This document shows, in pieces, positions 24,283 to 30,323 of a DNA stretch of 30,323 nt (the stretch's first letter is position 1; the number at the start of each line of letters is the position of its first letter). Source of the DNA: a virus (lineage: Duplodnaviria; Caudoviricetes); the IMG/VR virus record IMGVR_UViG_3300029183_000025, positions 1 to 30,323 of that record; one strand, given 5' to 3'. The notes below the pieces were generated by a model, which did not search any database, was not told the DNA's origin, and was given only the letters and a program-made list of their open reading frames with translations. The position numbers were made by a program, and so were the translations under genes.

Positions 24283-25170
24283 ATGGCAAAGAAGAAAGCG
24301 AAGAAGAAAGCCGGGGCCAAGAAAAAGGCCGCAGCCAAAAAAGCCGCCCAGCCAGCCGCCAAGAAGAAGGTGGCATCGCCCTTTGTCCGTGTGAGATACA
24401 CGGGTGAAAACGAGCAGCGCATGGGACGCTACGGCAAGCTTGTCCCGGGGATGGAGTTCTCCATGACCCGAAGCGACTGGCGCTACGTGGCCAAGTCTGG
24501 AAACCCTCTTTTCGAGTTCATCTCCGACGCCAAGGTTGCCGAGCAGCCGCACAATCCGAATCTCAAGGTTCCCGAGGTTCCCGCAGAGGATACGGTGAAC
24601 AGCGAAGACGAAACCCAAACCAGTAAGAACGATGGCCAAGCAGGAGACAATTCCGCAGAAACCCCCAACGCCGAAGAAGGGGGGCAAGTTCAGCAAACCG
24701 ACGACACGCAAAGCAGCGGACAGTCGGAAGACTCAAGCGATTCCAGCGACGAAGTAAGCGGGGAATCATGGGAGTCGGATGAATCCGAGGATTCCGAAGA
24801 CTCCAGCGCCGAGGACGTGAAAGTCGTCGGAGAAGAAACCACTCACACAGAAACTATCAACGACGGTGGCGAAGTCACCGTGGACGACTACAACGATCTC
24901 ACCGTGGCAGTGCTCAAGGAGGAGATCGAAAGGAGAAACAGTGAAGACGCCGCAGGCATCGACATCCCTTCAGGCGCTCGCAAGGGCGATCTGGTCGGAT
25001 TGCTTGAAGCGGATGACCAGCGACGGTCATCTGGCGGAGACGCTGTGCCCGAAGGAGAAGAGGATGACTCCACCGAAAGCGGAGAGTCAGAAGGAAGCTC
25101 ATGGTGGAGTTCCTATGACTCTCAAGAAAGTTACGATTCTGGGGATCTCGACGAGTCCTCCGAAGGGTAA
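24283..25170 (+). CDS. Low-complexity protein: H1-like basic N-terminus, acidic Ser/Glu/Asp linkers, HeH/Rho-N-like motif
   Basis: MAKKKAKKKAGAKKKAAAKK; YNDLTVAVLKEEIERR...IPSGARKGDLVGLL. Confidence 0.8.
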   Translation: MAKKKAKKKAGAKKKAAAKKAAQPAAKKKVASPFVRVRYTGENEQRMGRYGKLVPGMEFSMTRSDWRYVAKSGNPLFEFISDAKVAEQPHNPNLKVPEVPAEDTVNSEDETQTSKNDGQAGDNSAETPNAEEGGQVQQTDDTQSSGQSEDSSDSSDEVSGESWESDESEDSEDSSAEDVKVVGEETTHTETINDGGEVTVDDYNDLTVAVLKEEIERRNSEDAAGIDIPSGARKGDLVGLLEADDQRRSSGGDAVPEGEEDDSTESGESEGSSWWSSYDSQESYDSGDLDESSEG

Positions 25171-25265
25171 CACTCAGAAGCCATTCGAGATCTTCGACGA
25201 GCACAAAGCTGCTCCTGACTCCACCAGCCCTACTACCACCGACCTGCACCAACCGAACTAGGACC

Positions 25266-26123
25266 ATGGCCAAAGGACTTGTGGTCGTGAGCGACGCCAA
25301 GGCGTTCCGCAAGCGACAGCAGAAAAAATCAGCACCACCCGCGCCTACGCCCTCGCCTTTGAAGGGCAAGGCCGGGATGGTGAAGAACTCCGAAGGCAAG
25401 CAACTGATCATGGTTGCGGACTCCTCGGAAGGCGGGAAGGTGACCGGTAAGCTGGCGGTGCCCAACTCCGCTGGCCTTCTGGTCAAGACCGACACCACCA
25501 TCTCCGTCGGTGAGGACACCTTCGAGGAGTTCAACGGCATCGTCACGGAAGGCACCGCCAAGTCCTTCGAGCGCATCTCTGAGTTCGAGCTGGACCAGAA
25601 GCGGATGACCGAGGTGAAGACCGACGAAGGGGTCATTGACTACCTCAACGTGTCCGTCTTTGGGTATGCCTCCACCTTCGGTTCCATCACTCCCGCCGAC
25701 CGTGACGGAGACGTGATCGCTGACGATGCTTTCAAGTCCACCCTGTCGGAGTTCAAAAAGAACCCGGTGATGCTGGTGGATCACACCAACCGGGTCTCTC
25801 ACCTCGCCGGGTCCTTCTCCAAGATGGGAATTGACACTGCGGGTCTCTTCGTTCAGGGAGACATGAGCAATAGCCCGCATCTCAAGCATGAGCGGTTCCT
25901 CGTGGCGGAGGGTCACCTGAAAGCCTTCTCCATCGGGGGCATGTTCTTCTACGACAATGACGGTCACACCATCAAGGAGGTGAACCTGTTCGAGATCTCC
26001 CTCACCCCGGTTCCCGCCAACCAAGACGCCCTTTTCACCGTCCGCAAAGCGGGAGAGATGGATGCCGCCAAGGCGTTCGACATCTTCAAGAAGCGCGGAG
26101 GCACCAACATTCAGCTCAAGTAA
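25266..26123 (+). CDS. HK97-family prohead maturation protease with N-terminal extension
   Basis: GYASTF, DRDGDVI...AF, MLVDH, FSIG (catalytic Ser), LFEISL.PVPAN..A. Confidence 0.95.
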   Translation: MAKGLVVVSDAKAFRKRQQKKSAPPAPTPSPLKGKAGMVKNSEGKQLIMVADSSEGGKVTGKLAVPNSAGLLVKTDTTISVGEDTFEEFNGIVTEGTAKSFERISEFELDQKRMTEVKTDEGVIDYLNVSVFGYASTFGSITPADRDGDVIADDAFKSTLSEFKKNPVMLVDHTNRVSHLAGSFSKMGIDTAGLFVQGDMSNSPHLKHERFLVAEGHLKAFSIGGMFFYDNDGHTIKEVNLFEISLTPVPANQDALFTVRKAGEMDAAKAFDIFKKRGGTNIQLK

Positions 26124-26132
26124 TCGAAGCCC

Positions 26133-26684
26133 ATGAATATTTCGACCACTGCCATCATGAACCTGTTCGCGCAGGTTGACCCGACCGAGGCGGGAGTCCT
26201 CGACAATTACCGGGGCGGTCTGGCCAGCTTCCGCACCACGTTTCCGGATCAAGCCAACGGAGGACCCGATGTCGCCTTTGTCGAGCGGGTCACGGTTCCG
26301 AAAGGCGGAGGAACGGTCACCTACGAATTCCCCGGGTTCAACCTCCCCGCGCAGCCTGCCAAGAAGGACTTCGACTGCGTGGACGTGAACCTGTTCGAGA
26401 TCTACGGATTCGCCATCGCCATCGTTGACAATGAGTTCAACGACAACACTCTCGCCACCCAGTGCGAATTCGATCTCACCAATCTCATCTCCCGTCCTGC
26501 CGGTGGTTCCGGTCCCAGCTCTGGGGCGCAGGTCTCCGGTCTGCTGGAGAACCACGGCAGCGCCAACTACTTCGCGTGGCCGGGAGGAGTTGAGGTGCAG
26601 GCTACCTCTGAGCTTGTCCTGACTCAGGTTCCCACCAACGCCGACGTGATTGCTGACGTGGTGGTCATCGGCAAGAATATCTGA
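26133..26684 (+). CDS. Hypothetical protein, probably virion structural
   Basis: 183 aa, in the head module, strongly biased codon usage. Confidence 0.75.
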   Translation: MNISTTAIMNLFAQVDPTEAGVLDNYRGGLASFRTTFPDQANGGPDVAFVERVTVPKGGGTVTYEFPGFNLPAQPAKKDFDCVDVNLFEIYGFAIAIVDNEFNDNTLATQCEFDLTNLISRPAGGSGPSSGAQVSGLLENHGSANYFAWPGGVEVQATSELVLTQVPTNADVIADVVVIGKNI

Positions 26685-26723
26685 TCCCACCCACCTTCAC
26701 AGAACCGCCCGACCTTTTAAGCC

Positions 26724-27302
26724 ATGAACGACGGAGTTATCAATCGCGCTGCCACCCTCAGAAAGAAGCATCTGGGGGGCGAGAGCGGCATGAACGACAA
26801 TCAATACAGCTCCCGCATGGCCATCTACTTCCGGCAATCCGGAGCGGAGAACCGGGCGGAATTCGAGGAGGCAGTGAACGCACGCGCCTCGAAGCTGAAT
26901 CTCGGCAATGGCGTAGGTGCCACGGCCAAGAGTGCTCCCGCCCCCACCGAATACCAGCCCATGAGGGCAACCAAGGCGGTGGCGTCCAACGACGGCACTC
27001 TCTCCGGTCTCATCCCCGGTGCCCTTTACGTGGTGGTGGATCTCCCGCCCAACCACAAGGTGGTGGCGAACCCTCCCGCAAACATTGGGACCACCTCTCC
27101 CTCTCGCCGTAAATCGGTGAGTATCACTGGATTTTTTGACCCAGTTGACCCTGCTGTCGTTGCTCAAGAGATTGCCAAAGAGGAAGCGGAACTCGCTGCC
27201 GAGGTGGCGCAGGAAACTCCCCAGCCTGCCCCCAAAAAGAAGGCCAAGAAGAAAGGCGCTGCCAAGAAGAAGGTGAAGCGTCGTCCTCCTCCAAGCGCCT
27301 AA
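26724..27302 (+). CDS. Hypothetical protein with K/A-rich C-terminal tail
   Basis: 192 aa; ends PKKKAKKKGAAKKKVKRRPPPSA. Confidence 0.75.
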   Translation: MNDGVINRAATLRKKHLGGESGMNDNQYSSRMAIYFRQSGAENRAEFEEAVNARASKLNLGNGVGATAKSAPAPTEYQPMRATKAVASNDGTLSGLIPGALYVVVDLPPNHKVVANPPANIGTTSPSRRKSVSITGFFDPVDPAVVAQEIAKEEAELAAEVAQETPQPAPKKKAKKKGAAKKKVKRRPPPSA

Positions 27303-27471
27303 TGGGCGGATGGGATGCTTCACCCATCTTAAATTAAACGTTGCACTAATTTTCAAATCGCTGCATCTTGTGCAGCAACATCGCGCCCTTTCCATGCCAA
27401 ACCAGTGCGGGAGTAAGCCGGAACTTGCGCAACTCAACTAGAACCAACCAACCAATTCTACCCATCAAACG

Positions 27472-29214
27472 ATGAAACTGAATCAGACGGAAAAGAAGAG
27501 GCTGCGGGAGTTGAACGGCAAGTCCGACCGCACCGAAGAAGAGGAGTCCGAATTCCAAGGGCTCAAGGCACGCGCTGAGGCGTCCGAATACGACTACGAG
27601 GGGGATGATCCCGAACTCGAAGAAGGCGGCAAGTCCAAGAAGGACGACGATGATGACCCGAACGTTCTCGACGAAGACGGCATCAAGTCTCTCGTCAAGG
27701 ACGCTGTGACGGACGTCTTCAAGAGTGCCGGTCTGGACAAGGACACTCTCGAAAAGCTCGGTGAGTCCATCGACGGTTCCAAAGGCGTCAGCGCCGAGGA
27801 TCTGAAGAAGGCCATCAATGACGCTCTGGGCGGAGAAGGCGTCGATGAGGAAGCTCTGGCCAAGGAGCTGGAGAAGCGCCTCAAGAAGGACGACGGCAGC
27901 GCGAAGAAGCTGGAAGACGTCGAGAAGCTGGTCAAGGGACTCAAGGACGAGTTCGCCAAGGTGGGGAAGCGGCACAGTCGCATGATCCATCAGGGTGTCG
28001 TCGAGGTCGCTCCCGTCGGTCACCGGAAGGGCAACCTGTCCGTCGCCGAGAAGCAGCTCCTCAACATCTGCATGATGCACGCCAAGCAGGAGGCGCTGGA
28101 CGCTTCTGACGGCGGTCACGGCATCAAGCGCCCCGAGGGCATGAACGATGGCATCTCCGAGGAGCAGCTCGCAGGAGCCAAGCGCAACGGAGAGGGTTAC
28201 ATCAAGTCGATGACCCATCAGGCCATCCATCAGGGCAAAGCCGCTGCTCCCGGCATGATGACGGACGCTCCCGGATTCGGTGCGGAACTCATCAACACGG
28301 AACTCTCCAGTGAGATCGTGGCTCGCATGTATCTCGAAAGCGAAGTTGCTGCCCGCCTCCTCGCCACCGAGATCGAGATGCCGACCGGAACGTTCAAGCT
28401 CCCGGTCTCCACCACTCGCCCGACGTTCTACCGGGGTGAGGAAGCGAGGGCCGCACAGGTGTCCCGTCCGGGAACCGGTGAGGTGATCCTCGACGCCAAG
28501 AAGATGATCGCGCAGACCAACTACAGCTACGAGGCTGAGGAGGACTCCATCATCCCGCTGCTTGGCTTCCTTCAGGGCCAGCTCGCTGTCTCCGCCGCCG
28601 ATGCGCTGGAGCAGGCATTCATCAACGGTGACGACTCCGGAAACCACATGGACTCCGACGTGCTCGCCACTCTCGACCAGCGCAAGGTCTGGAAGGGATT
28701 CCGGAAGTATGCCATCGAAGGCGGTCTCCTGACCTCCTTTGCCACTGGCGGTATCACCGCTCAGAACATCGGCGCTCTCCGGAAGTCCATGGGCCGCTAC
28801 GGTATCCGCCCGCAGGATCTCATGATCATCGCCGGGGTGAACGGTTACAACGATCTGGTCATGCTCGACGAGACTCTGACCGTCGACAAGGTGGGACAGG
28901 GCAACGCTCGCATCCTGACCGGTGTCGCTCCTCAGATCTTCGGTATCCCGATCATCGTCTCGGCTGCGATCCGCGAGGATCTGAACGCCGCTGGCGTCTA
29001 CGACGGAGCCGTCACGGATCAGGGCTCGCTCCTTCTCGTCCACCGCTCCAAGTGGATGGTTGGTCGTCGCCGCAACTTCACCATCGAGGTGGACAAGGAC
29101 ATCCAGAACCAGTGCAACTGGATCGTCGCTTCCTTCCGCCGCGACTTCGTGCCTCTCGAAAACCCGAGCGCCACCGAGCAGCTCGTGGCCATGGCACACG
29201 GCTACGCTGCCTAA
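27472..29214 (+). CDS. Major capsid protein (HK97 fold) with long charged N-terminal scaffold-like region
   Basis: Position after the protease; coiled-coil-like N-terminus; GAELI.TELS.EI, GE, A..LEQAFINGD, IFGIPII. Confidence 0.92.
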   Translation: MKLNQTEKKRLRELNGKSDRTEEEESEFQGLKARAEASEYDYEGDDPELEEGGKSKKDDDDDPNVLDEDGIKSLVKDAVTDVFKSAGLDKDTLEKLGESIDGSKGVSAEDLKKAINDALGGEGVDEEALAKELEKRLKKDDGSAKKLEDVEKLVKGLKDEFAKVGKRHSRMIHQGVVEVAPVGHRKGNLSVAEKQLLNICMMHAKQEALDASDGGHGIKRPEGMNDGISEEQLAGAKRNGEGYIKSMTHQAIHQGKAAAPGMMTDAPGFGAELINTELSSEIVARMYLESEVAARLLATEIEMPTGTFKLPVSTTRPTFYRGEEARAAQVSRPGTGEVILDAKKMIAQTNYSYEAEEDSIIPLLGFLQGQLAVSAADALEQAFINGDDSGNHMDSDVLATLDQRKVWKGFRKYAIEGGLLTSFATGGITAQNIGALRKSMGRYGIRPQDLMIIAGVNGYNDLVMLDETLTVDKVGQGNARILTGVAPQIFGIPIIVSAAIREDLNAAGVYDGAVTDQGSLLLVHRSKWMVGRRRNFTIEVDKDIQNQCNWIVASFRRDFVPLENPSATEQLVAMAHGYAA

Positions 29215-29275
29215 AGCGTAGCGAGATAGATGTTTCTGGTTGTTCGTCTTCCAGATTCCTGAACCAAGGACATCG

Positions 29276-29314
29276 GTGGGGCACCTCTGGGCGGGGGTGC
29301 CCCACTTCTTTTTT
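29276..29314 (+). terminator. Rho-independent terminator after the capsid gene
   Basis: GTGGGGCACC/GGTGCCCCAC 10-bp stem followed by a T-rich tract. Confidence 0.9.
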
Positions 29315-29354
29315 GGTGGACGTTGTGGCGGAGTGCGGGTAACCTGTCCGGACC

Positions 29355-29762
29355 ATGAGAACAGTCCGCTACAAAGGCCCCGCCCAAACCGTCGGTCGTC
29401 ACGGTCACACTGAGACCGGCGACAAACTCGTCCTTTCTGAACAGGAGTGGTTGACCGCTTGCGGTGATCCCCGCTTTGAACTCCTCGAAGATGAAGAGGG
29501 ATGCGAGCTTGTCCTGCCTGCCGGGGTGGAGCCTCAGAAGACCGTTGACTTCGATCTCACTTCCATCAACTGGAAAGGGAGCCAGATCTACCGGAAGCTG
29601 AATCGCTTGAGCATCGTCAATATCCGCAAGGTGGCAAAGGCGATGAGAGAGTTGGGATTCGCTACCGTGGCCGGGGCACCGCAGGACACCCGCCCGCAGA
29701 TTGTGGACTCGGTTCTCGAACACGCTTCCCGCCAAGGTTGGACCGGACTCGCTCCGGTTTAA
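29355..29762 (+). CDS. Hypothetical protein (possible C-terminal Rho-N/HeH-like motif)
   Basis: 135 aa; LNRLSIVNIRKVAKAM; position after the capsid gene. Confidence 0.75.
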   Translation: MRTVRYKGPAQTVGRHGHTETGDKLVLSEQEWLTACGDPRFELLEDEEGCELVLPAGVEPQKTVDFDLTSINWKGSQIYRKLNRLSIVNIRKVAKAMRELGFATVAGAPQDTRPQIVDSVLEHASRQGWTGLAPV

Positions 29763-29763
29763 T

Positions 29764-29780
29764 TTTGAAGACACTTCAAA
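29764..29780. repeat. 17-bp palindrome, copy 8 (TTTGAAGACACTTCAAA)
   Basis: Read directly; between a stop and the next ATG. Confidence 0.95.
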
Positions 29781-29786
29781 CTTTCG

Positions 29787-30306
29787 ATGAGCACCGGTAA
29801 CAAGAGAGGCAGCACGACTCCAGTCACGCTGCTCCGTCCTTACTGCACCTTGGAAGAGGTTCAGATGGAACTCGGCAACGAGAATTCCTATGAGAACAAT
29901 TGGTTGCTGGACTGCATCAACCGCGCCTCGCGGTGGGTGGAGGAGAAGTGTCATCGCCAGTTCTGGTATTTTGACTACCGCTCCAATGGTTTCCGTGTTC
30001 CCACTGATTGGCTCCTCCAAGATGAGTTCTACCTCCCGTGGCCCTGCCTTGACGTTGACAACCTATCGGTGGAACAGGACGACGAAGCAGTCTCGACGGA
30101 CGTCTACGACTTCACCAATCCCCCCAACAATCAGGGCACGTCCAAGTTCGCCCGCTATGATGACTCGTGGTGGGATCTCCACGCGCAATGCCGCGACGGA
30201 GAGCGACCGCGCATTCCCGGGTTCACGTCGCCTTTGAAACCTACCCGCGTGGTGGTGAAAGGTCTGTTCGGCTACGAACTGAACACCGCAGCCACTTCCC
30301 CGGACC
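29787..30306 (+). CDS. Head-tail connector/adaptor protein, 3'-truncated
   Basis: YCTLEEVQ..LG...LL..INRASRWVEE.C.RQF; the apparent stop at 30312-30314 is inside the primer. Confidence 0.8.
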
Positions 30307-30323
30307 GATCGTGACTGGGAAAC
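30307..30323 (-). other. Random-amplification primer remnant (reverse complement); technical artefact
   Basis: GATCGTGACTGGGAAAC is the reverse complement of bases 1-17. Confidence 0.93.

Noticed and set aside
27309-27377. Short hairpins and TTGCAC upstream of the capsid gene as a promoter or riboswitch
   Set aside because: Stems are only about 6 bp and the -10 match is poor; not supportable.
27346-29199. 617-aa antisense ORF (also 25329-26690, 2209-3210, 8117-9052 and others)
   Set aside because: These mirror well-supported + strand genes, as expected from strong GC-rich codon bias, and show no motifs.
1117-29780. 17-bp palindromes as CRISPR repeats or intrinsic terminators
   Set aside because: Copies are kilobases apart with no spacer array or cas genes; stems are AT-rich without consistent U-tracts; two copies are intragenic.
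1-30323. 17-bp terminal inverted repeats suggesting a transposon or protein-primed linear genome
   Set aside because: The sequence matches a standard random-amplification primer and interrupts a gene at the right end.

Overview
A 30.3-kb fragment of a tailed dsDNA phage (Caudoviricetes, HK97-type head); almost all genes are on the + strand. Both ends are the 17-nt random-amplification (Round A/B, SISPA) primer GTTTCCCAGTCACGATC, so they are artefactual and the last gene is truncated. Gene order: small promoter-driven genes; a DNA base-hypermodification operon (ParB-like, TET/JBP dioxygenase, GNAT, degenerate LMW-phosphatase fold, class II glutamine amidotransferase, amino-acid:DNA transferase/aGPT-Pplase2, P-loop kinase); terminase small and large subunits; a ~12.5-kb accessory block (GT2-sulfotransferase fusion, 2OG-Fe(II) oxygenase, SAM methyltransferase, WGR, YkgJ-like, DUF6283, GroES and hypotheticals); then portal, Mu gpF/SPP1 gp7-like head protein, prohead protease, major capsid protein and head-tail connector. 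Three hidden patterns stand out. (1) Five otherwise dissimilar proteins end in the same motif, RALPxxGRR[KR][ILM][KG]RK, conserved at protein level. (2) A 17-bp palindrome, TTTGAAG-N3-CTTCAAA, occurs 8 times at 2-5.5 kb intervals, including inside genes. (3) Eight copies of a conserved sigma70-like promoter give near-leaderless mRNAs. All family assignments are by eye from motifs; no database search was run.
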